A stretch of 32,000 bases of DNA from Candidatus Electrothrix sp. GW3-4 (GTDB taxonomy: Bacteria; Desulfobacterota; Desulfobulbia; Desulfobulbales; Desulfobulbaceae). The position numbers were made by a program, and so were the translations under genes. Location of the stretch: the NCBI RefSeq assembly GCF_037902255.1, contig NZ_CP147990.1, positions 1,620,001 to 1,652,000 of the forward strand. Direction: 5' to 3'. The notes below the pieces were generated by a model. That model saw nothing but the letters and a program-made list of their open reading frames with translations, was not told the origin of the DNA and ran no database searches. This document shows, one piece after another, positions 15,694-23,799 of the stretch. Positions within the stretch are counted from its first letter, which is position 1. Every line of letters starts with the position of its first letter.

Positions 15694-17121
15694 ATGTCTC
15701 CTGCCTTATCCTGGAATCTGCGTCAGCGCAGTTCAATTATTTATAAACTGCTCCATATTCTTGACTGTTCGTTAGTTTGTGGCTATCTTTGGTTGCTTGT
15801 TTTCTTATACAAGGTTCCTTGGAGCCGTTATTATACCTGGTTGGAAGTTGTTGTCTTCACCTTAGCCTTTCTCTGTTTTCAATACCTTCAGCTGTACCGT
15901 TCCTGGCGCGGCTGGAAACTCTACCTTGAATTTTTTGTTATTCTTAAGGCTTGGGCCTCTGTTGTTGGTCTCCTGCTTTTTTATTTCTTTATTTTTAAGG
16001 TATCTGAAGGATATTCCAGGGTCGTTTTTATCTTATGGTCACTCACTACCCCTTTTTTAATTTTTTTTTCCCATCTTCTTGTTCGTCAGTTCTTACGCCA
16101 TTATCGAACACAGGGGAAAAATATTCGTCATGCCGTTATTGTTGGTGCCGGTGATCTCGGGCTTAAAATGGCCATGCAATTGGACGCCATTCCTTGGGCG
16201 GGTATCGAAATTGTAGGTTTTTTTGATGATAAACTTCAGGGGAATGCCTTAAACAGCACCGGGAAACCTCTGCTTGGCCGAATCGATAATATCCACGAAT
16301 ATCTTCTCTCTAATGACATTGATTATGTGTATATAGCCTTGCCCATGCGGGCTGAGCGGAAAATTTTTTGGATTTTGCGTGAATGCCGTGATCTTGGCGC
16401 ACAAATTTTCCTCGTGCCAGACCTCTATATCTTTGGCCTACATCACGCAGAAATTCAATCCGTTGGTGATATGCTGGTTCTGAATTTCAATCCGGTCTCT
16501 GGCTGGAAACGAGGCTTTGATATTGTCTTTTCATTGACGATTCTTCTGCTCAGCAGCCCGGTTATGTTGCTTATCATGCTGCTTATTAAGGTTGACAGCA
16601 AAGGGCCAATTTTTTACCGACACCGCAGGATTACAGCCACAGGGCGCGAGTTCGGATGTCTGAAGTTCAGAACTATGGTTGTTGATGCAGATAAAAAATT
16701 AAACGAGCTGTTACAAGAAAATCTGTCCCTTGCTGAGGAATGGAATAGAAGCTTTAAACTCAAAGATGACCCACGAATTACCAGGGTAGGGCGTTTTCTT
16801 CGCAGGACGAGCCTTGATGAGTTCCCGCAATTTTTTAACGTCCTGAAAGGAGAAATGAGCGTGGTTGGAGCACGCCCCATTGTTGGGAGAGAGCTTAAGG
16901 AATATTATAAAGGGAATGGTGAACAGAGTGCTGGCCGTTATGTCTCAATGAAACCAGGTATTACTGGTCCCTGGCAGGTAACAGAACGAAGTGATATAGA
17001 AAATTATAAGCAAAGAATCGAGCTTGATGATTGGTATGTCCTCAATTATTCGCTGCTCTGCGATCTAAAAATTATCCTTAAGACTATTCGTTGTATGTTT
17101 ACGGGCAAAGGGGCGTATTAA
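15694..17121 (+). CDS. Polyprenyl-phosphate hexose-1-phosphate transferase (WcaJ/WbaP-type priming enzyme, bacterial sugar transferase family)
   Basis: The N-terminal TM bundle is followed by a Rossmann-like region (AVIVGAGDLG). The C-terminal catalytic domain shows KRGFDIVFS, KGPIFYRHRRI, KFRTM, DPRITRVGRFLRRTSLDEFPQFFNVLKGEMSVVGARP and KPGITGPWQV. I prefer the ATG at 15694 (MSPALS), 2 nt after the upstream stop, over the track start at 15640. Confidence 0.9.
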   Translation: MSPALSWNLRQRSSIIYKLLHILDCSLVCGYLWLLVFLYKVPWSRYYTWLEVVVFTLAFLCFQYLQLYRSWRGWKLYLEFFVILKAWASVVGLLLFYFFIFKVSEGYSRVVFILWSLTTPFLIFFSHLLVRQFLRHYRTQGKNIRHAVIVGAGDLGLKMAMQLDAIPWAGIEIVGFFDDKLQGNALNSTGKPLLGRIDNIHEYLLSNDIDYVYIALPMRAERKIFWILRECRDLGAQIFLVPDLYIFGLHHAEIQSVGDMLVLNFNPVSGWKRGFDIVFSLTILLLSSPVMLLIMLLIKVDSKGPIFYRHRRITATGREFGCLKFRTMVVDADKKLNELLQENLSLAEEWNRSFKLKDDPRITRVGRFLRRTSLDEFPQFFNVLKGEMSVVGARPIVGRELKEYYKGNGEQSAGRYVSMKPGITGPWQVTERSDIENYKQRIELDDWYVLNYSLLCDLKIILKTIRCMFTGKGAY

Positions 17122-17348
17122 TCGTATCCGTGCATTTCCCTGGCTGGCGTGACTTCGGCACAGGGCTCGTCCTGCGCCAGGGGGCATCATCTTGATAGCC
17201 GCCAATTTCGAGAATCATGATATATGTGCTCGTTGACGTACTTTGAAGAGTAGCCGCCCTGTATCGTAGCGACCACTTCATCTATAAATAAACTCCTGGA
17301 ACAGCTGGCCCGCACCCATCCTGTCCAGCCAGAACCCGACCCATAAAA

Positions 17349-17365
17349 GGCAGACAGCGTCTGCC
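17349..17365 (-). terminator. Intrinsic-terminator-like hairpin oriented for the minus strand (orphan)
   Basis: The stem-loop is GGCAGAC-AGC-GTCTGCC (7-bp GC-rich stem). The U-tract (UUUUAU) follows it only on the minus strand. There is no credible minus-strand gene upstream of it. Confidence 0.35.
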
Positions 17366-17461
17366 GTTACCCAGAAGATCGCTGGCTTTTTCCAGAACGC
17401 GCCTGGTTTAGGCAAGCAACCTTCTCGCTCTCACCCAGAAAATTTCTTCCTTAACCCAAAC

Positions 17462-19273
17462 ATGTTCCTTCCTACCACCCAACAAGAACTGCAAGAGCTC
17501 GGCTGGGACTGCCTGGATATCATCCTGGTTAGCGGCGATGCCTATATCGATTCCCCTTTTATCGGGACCGCCGTGATTGGCCGGGTACTGGCAGATGCTG
17601 GTTTCCGGGTGGGGATCATTGCCCAGCCCGACCTGCAGGGTGAAGACATCTGTCGCCTTGGTGAACCCAAGCTTTTCTGGGGCGTGAGCGGGGGCTGTGT
17701 GGACTCCATGGTGGCCAATCGCACGGCTTCCGGGAAACGACGAAAACAGGACGACTATACCCCTGGCGGTAAAAATAGTCATAGACCGGATCGGGCGGTA
17801 CTGATCTATGCCAACCTTATCCGCAGCAAGTTCAAAAACACCTGCCCCCTTGTTCTGGGCGGTATCGAGGCCAGCCTCCGCCGTATTGCCCATTATGATT
17901 ACTGGTCTAATTCCGTGCGTCGTTCCATCCTCCTGGATGCCAAGGCAGATTTCCTCCTCTATGGTATGGCTGAGCGGGCGGTGCTGGAGCTCGCTACCTG
18001 TCTGCAGGAGGGCGATGACCCGCGTATTCTTCGCGGTCTTTGTTATCCTGCTCCAGAACGACCAGCAGATTCTCTCAAGCTGCCAGCTTTTGCAGAGGTC
18101 TCTGGGAGCAGCCCCCAGGCCAAGAAGGCCTTTACCCGGATGTTTCGCCGCTTTTACGCAAATAATGATCCCATCACAGCACAACCCCTGGCCCAACTGC
18201 ACGGCAGCCGCTGGTTGGTTCAGAATCCACCCCAGCCCCATCTCTCCCCAGAGGAGCTGGATCATGTCCATAGCCTTGATTATCAGCTTGATCTCCATCC
18301 TTATCATCAGCAGCAGGGAGATGTCAGGGCCTTGGAGACCATTCGTTTCTCCCTTGCCACCCATCGGGGCTGTTATGGCGAGTGCAATTTCTGTGCTATT
18401 GCTGTTCACCAAGGGCGAACTATTGTCCAGCGGAGGAGAAAATCGATCATTGCTGAGGCCCGCCGCTTCCTCAAGCATCCTGCCTTTAAGGGGAGAATCC
18501 ACGATGTGGGCGGACCCACGGCCAATATGTACGGGGTGGAATGCCGCAAGAAGCTGAACAAGGGCTGCTGCCCGGATAAACGTTGCCTCTTTCCCCAAAA
18601 ATGTCAGGCCCTGCCGATAGATCATGGTGAACAACTGCGCCTGCTGGAGGAACTGCGCCAACTCAAAGGGGTAAAGCAGGTGGTGATCTCATCCGGCATC
18701 CGCTATGATCTGATCCTGGCTGATCAGAAAAACGGCCTGACCTACCTGCGCCAGGTGGTGCGCCATCATGTCTCAGGTCAGATGAAGGTAGCGCCGGAGC
18801 ATTGCCAGGATACGGTGCTGGCCTGTATGGGTAAGCCTGGCCGGGCCAGCCTGCTCCGCTTCCGGGATCTCTTTAATCGCATGAGCGCCCAGGAAGGACT
18901 GAAGCAGTTCCTCACCTATTATATCATTGCGGCCCATCCTGGCTGTCGTCAACAGGATATGCAGGCCTTGAAAAAGTTTGCCCTCAAGGAACTCCAGGTC
19001 CTGCCCAGGCAGGTGCAGATCTTTACCCCCACCCCCTCGACCTGGTCCACCCTGATGTATTGGACTGGCGAGAATCCCTTTACCGGCCAACCCTGTTTTG
19101 TGGAAAAGGACAACCAGGCCCGGGAGCGGCAAAAGGCCGTGCTGACGGGACCGGCTCAGAGGCCCCAAAAGGGCCAGGGGCAGAACCGTAGTTTTGCGCC
19201 AAAGAAGGGACAAAAGGCAGGGGCTGGACCAAGGAAAAAGGGGAGGGTTACTCCTCGAAAAAAAAGAGGCTGA
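17462..19273 (+). CDS. ygiQ: YgiQ-family (UPF0313) radical SAM protein
   Basis: It is 603 aa long. The CX3CX2C cluster motif appears in HRGCYGECNFCAI. The N-terminal DIILVSGDAYIDSPF... and the Lys/Arg-rich C-terminal tail are as I recall for YgiQ proteins. Confidence 0.9.
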   Translation: MFLPTTQQELQELGWDCLDIILVSGDAYIDSPFIGTAVIGRVLADAGFRVGIIAQPDLQGEDICRLGEPKLFWGVSGGCVDSMVANRTASGKRRKQDDYTPGGKNSHRPDRAVLIYANLIRSKFKNTCPLVLGGIEASLRRIAHYDYWSNSVRRSILLDAKADFLLYGMAERAVLELATCLQEGDDPRILRGLCYPAPERPADSLKLPAFAEVSGSSPQAKKAFTRMFRRFYANNDPITAQPLAQLHGSRWLVQNPPQPHLSPEELDHVHSLDYQLDLHPYHQQQGDVRALETIRFSLATHRGCYGECNFCAIAVHQGRTIVQRRRKSIIAEARRFLKHPAFKGRIHDVGGPTANMYGVECRKKLNKGCCPDKRCLFPQKCQALPIDHGEQLRLLEELRQLKGVKQVVISSGIRYDLILADQKNGLTYLRQVVRHHVSGQMKVAPEHCQDTVLACMGKPGRASLLRFRDLFNRMSAQEGLKQFLTYYIIAAHPGCRQQDMQALKKFALKELQVLPRQVQIFTPTPSTWSTLMYWTGENPFTGQPCFVEKDNQARERQKAVLTGPAQRPQKGQGQNRSFAPKKGQKAGAGPRKKGRVTPRKKRG

Positions 19274-19276
19274 GTC

Positions 19277-19591
19277 ATGAAGAGAGGGACGACGCATTTT
19301 TGGGAGCCTGCTGTCCGTGAACTCTGCCGGGCTCAGGATTTACGTCCCTGGCTGGAGGCAGATTCCGGTAAGTTACGGGTTTGCCTAGTACTGATCCTCT
19401 GTGGTGGAGCAGTCTATGGAGCATCTTTGGGGATCTGGCGGGCCCCCTTGCAGGCTGTCTTTGTTGCAGTAAAGTTTCCCCTCTTGCTCAGCACCCTGCG
19501 ACCAATCCTGGGGACGTCAGATAAGCTCCTCACAGCAGAGAAAAAGTTCTTCCTTGCTCATTGGGTTGACTCAATAGACAAGGGGGAGTAA
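19277..19591 (+). CDS. Hypothetical small protein, possibly the N-terminal remnant of a membrane protein
   Basis: This 104-aa ORF starts 3 nt after the ygiQ stop. It has one clear hydrophobic stretch (LRVCLVLILCGGAVYGASLGIW...FVAVKFPLLL), followed by non-hydrophobic sequence and about 125 nt of non-coding DNA. I recognise no family. Confidence 0.3.
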   Translation: MKRGTTHFWEPAVRELCRAQDLRPWLEADSGKLRVCLVLILCGGAVYGASLGIWRAPLQAVFVAVKFPLLLSTLRPILGTSDKLLTAEKKFFLAHWVDSIDKGE

Positions 19592-19715
19592 CAGCTTCTT
19601 CTCTTTGCTCTCTTGTCCTGATTCTCGAAATACGGTACACTGTGGCCTTTTCTTTGTACAGAAGTATGCAGGAGGAGGAAAGAAAGACAAACCACTTTAA
19701 TAAAAAAGAAAGATT

Positions 19716-20981
19716 ATGGATAATAAGGAAATAGATCAACTCATCACCGCTATGGCGGAAAAAGGGCGTCAGGCGGCCCGCAAACTGGCTGCTCTCTCCA
19801 CCTCGGTAAAGAATGATATTCTGCTGGCCACAGCTGAGCAGCTCAAGACAGAGCGTGACCTCATCCGCAGAGAAAACGAGAAAGACCTGGCTGCCGGGCG
19901 CGAGAAAGGCCTGTCTCCAGCTATGCTAGATCGGCTGGAGCTCAGCGATAAGGTCATTGCCTCCATGATCCAGGGCCTGGAAGAGATCGCAGCCCTGCCT
20001 GATCCGGTGGGTGAGGTGGATGATATGAAGCGTCGTCCCAGCGGGATCACGGTTGGGCGGATGCGGGTTCCGCTGGGGGTTGTGGGCATGATCTATGAGT
20101 CCCGGCCCAATGTGACCATTGATGCCGCTGCCCTCTGCTTTAAGGCAGGCAACGGGGTCCTGCTTCGGGGTGGCTCTGAGGCTATTCATTCTAATCTGGC
20201 CCTGGCTGGCCTGCTGCAAAAGGTATTAGAGGCCCATAAGGTGCCCAAGGAGGCGGTGCAGGTCATCCCGGTGACGGATCGCTACGGGGTTAATGCCATG
20301 CTGGCCCAGGAGGCCTTTGTGGATGTGATTATCCCCAGGGGCGGGGAGGGGCTGATTCGCTTTGTCACAGAGAACTCCAGTATCCCGGTGCTCAAGCATT
20401 ATAAGGGCGTCTGTCATCTCTATATTGATGAGAGCGCTGACATAGACACCGGAATTCGCATTGCCATCAATGGCAAGACCCAGCGGCCTGGTGTCTGCAA
20501 TGCCCTGGAAGGGATGCTGGTCCACAAGGGGATTGCTGAGCGCTTCCTGCCTGCGGCAGCCAAGGAGCTGATGGGTGCCGGGGTTGCATTGCTCGGTTGC
20601 GAACAGAGCTGCGCCTTGGTCCCGGAGATCCGGCCAGCAGCGGATTCAGATTGGGGCACCGAGTTTCTCGAGCTGAAGATGGTAGTTAAAGTGGTGGATG
20701 ATATGGACGGGGCAATGGCCTATATTGCCCAGCACGGTTCCCAGCATACCGAGGTCATTGTGACCGAGTCCTATGCCAACAGCCAGCGTTTTCTCCGCGA
20801 GGTGGATGCCTCGGCGGTGATGATTAATGCCTCCAGTCGCTTTAATGACGGCGGTCAGTTCGGCCTTGGGGCGGAGATCGGTATTTCCACCACCAAACTA
20901 CATGCCTATGGTCCTATGGGCCTGGAAGAGTTGACCGCCAAGAAGTTTGTGGTTTACGGCGAAGGAGAGGTTCGACAATAG
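19716..20981 (+). CDS. proA: Glutamate-5-semialdehyde dehydrogenase (gamma-glutamyl phosphate reductase)
   Basis: It is 421 aa and ProA-like along its full length: RVPLGVVGMIYESRPNVT, LRGGSEA, IIPRGG, RPGVCNA.E.LLVH, HGS.HTE.I.T and ASTRFNDG-type ASSRFNDGGQFG. Confidence 0.97.
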   Translation: MDNKEIDQLITAMAEKGRQAARKLAALSTSVKNDILLATAEQLKTERDLIRRENEKDLAAGREKGLSPAMLDRLELSDKVIASMIQGLEEIAALPDPVGEVDDMKRRPSGITVGRMRVPLGVVGMIYESRPNVTIDAAALCFKAGNGVLLRGGSEAIHSNLALAGLLQKVLEAHKVPKEAVQVIPVTDRYGVNAMLAQEAFVDVIIPRGGEGLIRFVTENSSIPVLKHYKGVCHLYIDESADIDTGIRIAINGKTQRPGVCNALEGMLVHKGIAERFLPAAAKELMGAGVALLGCEQSCALVPEIRPAADSDWGTEFLELKMVVKVVDDMDGAMAYIAQHGSQHTEVIVTESYANSQRFLREVDASAVMINASSRFNDGGQFGLGAEIGISTTKLHAYGPMGLEELTAKKFVVYGEGEVRQ

Positions 20982-21662
20982 GTGAGGGAGACGGACAGCA
21001 ATATAAGGATTGGCCTGTTTGGAGGTGCCTTTGATCCGGTCCATAACGGTCATCTGGCCATTGCCCATCAAGCCACTAAAGAGGCCTGGCTGGATGTGGT
21101 GCTCTTTATCCCAACGGCTGATCCTCCCCATAAGGCAGGGCTCGGTGCCTCGTATTGGCATCGGGTGGCCATGCTGGAAACTGCTCTGACTGGGGCATCT
21201 ATGGCCCAGGAGCATTTTGTTATCTCTCTGCTGGAAGCAGAACTCTCCTTTCCCTCCTATACCGTCAATACTCTGTCCGAGCTCAAGAAACGGCTCCTTG
21301 ACCCAAGATGTTATTTCATTATCGGGGCGGATTCCTTGCTGGATCTTCATCTCTGGTACCAATATCAGAAGCTGCTCTGTTTGACCCATTTGATCGTCAT
21401 TTCCCGCCCTGGCATCCCTCTTTCAGCCATGCAGCAAGCTATTGAGTGCCTGCCTGGCTTTTTTCACCCAGATACGTCTGGCCAACGTTGGCGCCGCTCT
21501 GATGGGGCTGAAATTCTTTTGCTCATGAATCAACTGACAGAGGATATTTCCTCCACCATGATTCGCGTAGAGCTGCAGCAGGGCAGGGTGCCCCAAGAAG
21601 TAGACAGCCGGGTAAGGGCGTATATTGAAGAGTATGGATTGTACCAGGAGGAAGGTCCTTGA
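20982..21662 (+). CDS. nadD: Nicotinate-nucleotide adenylyltransferase
   Basis: A GTG start directly abuts the proA stop. Supporting motifs are GLFGGAFDPVHNGH, the PPHK motif and a C-terminal ISST.IR motif (DISSTMIR). The proA-nadD adjacency is a classical arrangement. Confidence 0.93.
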   Translation: MRETDSNIRIGLFGGAFDPVHNGHLAIAHQATKEAWLDVVLFIPTADPPHKAGLGASYWHRVAMLETALTGASMAQEHFVISLLEAELSFPSYTVNTLSELKKRLLDPRCYFIIGADSLLDLHLWYQYQKLLCLTHLIVISRPGIPLSAMQQAIECLPGFFHPDTSGQRWRRSDGAEILLLMNQLTEDISSTMIRVELQQGRVPQEVDSRVRAYIEEYGLYQEEGP

Positions 21663-21717
21663 TTCTACAATCTTCTGTAGAAGACAGCCCGGGGTACATC
21701 CAGGCACTTGGCAAAAA

Positions 21718-22845
21718 CTATTTGGTCCCGATGGATGGGGCTTGCCAGGTGTATACGGCGGTAACCGCGTAATTCCAGACAGAGCTGACCCCTATTCCGG
21801 CCAGAGCCGAGAGCATCCAATTGGTCTGCCGTTGAAATAGGAGCGAGGCAATGCCGACATTGGCAGCCGCTCCAACCCCGCAAACCAAGATAAAGGAAAA
21901 CCAGCCAGTAAGTAGCTTCCAGCCCTTGAGCTGGACATCGTTATAGGTGAAGAGATTATTCAGCAGATAATTGGTGGTCATGGCCACCAGCGTGGCCGCA
22001 GCCTGTCCGTAAGCAAAAGGCGCGCCGGTTATGCGGAAGAGCAGCAACAAGACCAGAAAATGGACCAGTACTCCAATCCCCCCTACCAGGACAAAGGCGG
22101 CAAAACGGACCGGAATTATATGTCCGATCCATTTATCCAGGAGGAGCATGCCAAATTCAAGCAAGGCCCGATTGTCCAGTTTGCTTTCTCCGGCATGGCG
22201 CTCCTTAAAGGTGTAGGGGAGTTCCAAAAAACGCAGGGGGGTTGAGGAAGAGGCAAAGAGGTCCAGCAGGATCTTAAAGCCTACGCCGGATAATCTACGA
22301 ACCCGTTGCATCAAGGCTTCCCGCTGGATCATAAAAAAACCGCTCATGGGGTCGGTCAGCTCTGTCTGGGTGAAATAGCGGCTGATACGGGTCGCAAAGC
22401 GGCTGTAGGCGGCTCTCTTGGTATCCCAGCTTCCAATCCCACCGCCGTCTATGTAGCGGCTGCCCACCACAATATCAAGCTGCTGACTGCGCAAGGCTGT
22501 CAGCATATCAGGAAGCAGGGTCGCATCATGCTGGAGATCAGCATCCATCACAGCAAGGTAGGGGGCAGAGGTGGAAAGCATCCCCTCTACGCAGGCTGAA
22601 GAAAGGCCCCGTCGTCCAATGCGGTGAATGAGACGGACCCTCGGATTTTGAAAGGCCATATCTGCGATCTTTTGGCTTGTTTTATCTGGGGAGTCATCAT
22701 CAACAAAGATGACTTCCCAGGGGATGCCTTGAAGCGTTTCGCTAAGATGGCGGGTCAGCTCCTCCACATTTTCAACTTCATTATAGCAGGGAACCACGAC
22801 AGAGAGCAACGGTGCTGCAGTGGAAAGAGAGTCTTTATTGTTCAT
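21718..22845 (-). CDS. GT2 polyprenyl-phosphate glycosyltransferase fused to a C-terminal GtrA-like membrane domain (DPM-synthase-like)
   Basis: Supporting motifs are LSVVVPCYNEVENV, VIFVDDDSPD, MDADLQHD and PMSGFF. The C-terminal ~120 aa are hydrophobic and GtrA-like (VRFAAFVLVGGIGVLVHF...NYLLNNLFTY). I prefer the ATG at 22845 (MNNKDS) over the TTG at 22884. Confidence 0.85.
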   Translation of the reverse strand: MNNKDSLSTAAPLLSVVVPCYNEVENVEELTRHLSETLQGIPWEVIFVDDDSPDKTSQKIADMAFQNPRVRLIHRIGRRGLSSACVEGMLSTSAPYLAVMDADLQHDATLLPDMLTALRSQQLDIVVGSRYIDGGGIGSWDTKRAAYSRFATRISRYFTQTELTDPMSGFFMIQREALMQRVRRLSGVGFKILLDLFASSSTPLRFLELPYTFKERHAGESKLDNRALLEFGMLLLDKWIGHIIPVRFAAFVLVGGIGVLVHFLVLLLLFRITGAPFAYGQAAATLVAMTTNYLLNNLFTYNDVQLKGWKLLTGWFSFILVCGVGAAANVGIASLLFQRQTNWMLSALAGIGVSSVWNYAVTAVYTWQAPSIGTK

Positions 22846-22968
22846 GAATAAGTCCACTTCATTCGGAGTGGTTTTGTACAACAAGATAAAAAGGTGCGAC
22901 TACAAAACGATCTCATTTGCTCTCTGTCGTAAGAGCGTTTGTGGCGTATTTTGTGAGCTACTCTTAGC

Positions 22969-23616
22969 TTAGATAACCTGCTTCTGTTTAAACCAGGTAT
23001 GCCAGCTGGTATTACAACATGGAGTCGGGCATTGTTTGCCGTGATAACGGCAGTCATTTCCTCGGGAACAGTCATTGTGTTGGCAACGAGGACGGCAGTG
23101 ATGCTCGATATTCGGCTTATAGTGGACGCCACAGAATTGACAGCGAACTTCCCCGCAATGGTGTTTCATACCCTGGCGATAATGCATACCACATGTTTCA
23201 CACTGTACTATGCCGCAGCGATGTTCAACATCTCGAAGATGTACCATGCCACATCGCTGGCATTGGATTTTATTGCAATAATGATCAACTCCTTTGGGAT
23301 AACGGGTACCACAGAGCTTGCACTGTACTGTGGTAATTTGTTCTGTTTTCTGCGTACAGGTTGTTTGGCATTGGTAGGTATGCTTATGAACTACCTTTTT
23401 ATTGCACGAACGAGAGAGGGCGCATTGCTTGCATTGACCACAGCGGGTAGGGCAGGGCTGTGGGTGTCTGTGTCGCATGCTTTGGCATTGGGGACAGTTG
23501 CAAGGGCGAATTTGCGGTGGGGTTCTTTCGTAGCAATCATAAGAAAGAGCCGTGCTCGCTGTTAATACTGTTAAGAATAAGGTGGCAAAGAAACTGATCG
23601 TAAAAATAGATTTCAT
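22969..23616 (-). CDS. Secreted Cys/His-rich protein with four tandem 20-aa CxxCG...HxC repeats (unknown family)
   Basis: The start is preceded by GGGAGG 4 nt upstream. The N-terminus is signal-peptide-like (MKSIFTISFFATLFLTVLTASTALS|YD). By my count there are about 29 Cys and 16 His in 215 aa. Residues 97-176 form four repeats: VQCKLCGTRYPKGVDHYCNK / IQCQRCGMVHLRDVEHRCGI / VQCETCGMHYRQGMKHHCGE / VRCQFCGVHYKPNIEHHCRP. There is no CXXCH motif. Confidence 0.7.
   Translation of the reverse strand: MKSIFTISFFATLFLTVLTASTALSYDCYERTPPQIRPCNCPQCQSMRHRHPQPCPTRCGQCKQCALSRSCNKKVVHKHTYQCQTTCTQKTEQITTVQCKLCGTRYPKGVDHYCNKIQCQRCGMVHLRDVEHRCGIVQCETCGMHYRQGMKHHCGEVRCQFCGVHYKPNIEHHCRPRCQHNDCSRGNDCRYHGKQCPTPCCNTSWHTWFKQKQVI
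23089..23328 (-). repeat. Four in-frame tandem 60-bp repeats encoding the CxxCG-x9-HxC units
   Basis: This span corresponds to residues 97-176 of the 22969-23616 protein. The period is exactly 20 codons, with conserved Cys, Gly and His positions. Confidence 0.7.
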
Positions 23617-23799
23617 ACTTCCTCCCGTTATTGAAAATGAGTTATTGAGGCCTCATTGATGAGGGATACCCTACTTTTTTAGTGAGAACAATAAAAAAAG
23701 ACTACAAGAGCGAGGTGCAGCTGGAGAGCAAGATGTTTTTTCTCTGAGTTGAGATTGTTGATCATCAGGATATCTCTCCATATTATTGGGAATGTTACC

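Noticed and set aside
17408-18661. A 417-aa ORF on the minus strand, one of the longest in the track
   Set aside because: It is entirely antisense to the ygiQ-family gene, whose plus-strand product has a clear radical-SAM motif and full-length family resemblance. The minus-strand product is low-complexity (rich in G, A, L and I) with no recognisable motif. It is a typical shadow ORF of a GC-rich gene.
20898-21389. A 163-aa minus-strand ORF spanning the proA/nadD junction
   Set aside because: It is antisense to nadD and the proA 3' end, both of which are confidently identified. It has no motifs and no plausible start context.
21664-21683. The hairpin TTCTACA-ATCTTC-TGTAGAA between convergent nadD and the GT2-GtrA gene, considered as a bidirectional terminator
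   Set aside because: The stem is A/T-rich and only 7 bp, and there is no U-tract on either strand. That is too weak to report as a feature.
22999-23565. A 188-aa plus-strand ORF that looks hydrophobic or membrane-like
   Set aside because: It is the complement of the Cys/His-rich gene. Cys codons (TGY) and His codons (CAY) read as Ala/Thr and Met/Val on the other strand, which explains its composition. The minus-strand ORF has the SD, the signal peptide and exact 20-codon repeats.
22969-23616. The idea that the Cys-rich secreted protein is a multihaem c-type cytochrome
   Set aside because: None of the many CxxC pairs is followed by His (they are CPQCQ, CGQCK, CKQCA, CKLCG, CQRCG, CETCG, CQFCG). 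The CXXCH haem-attachment motif is therefore absent.
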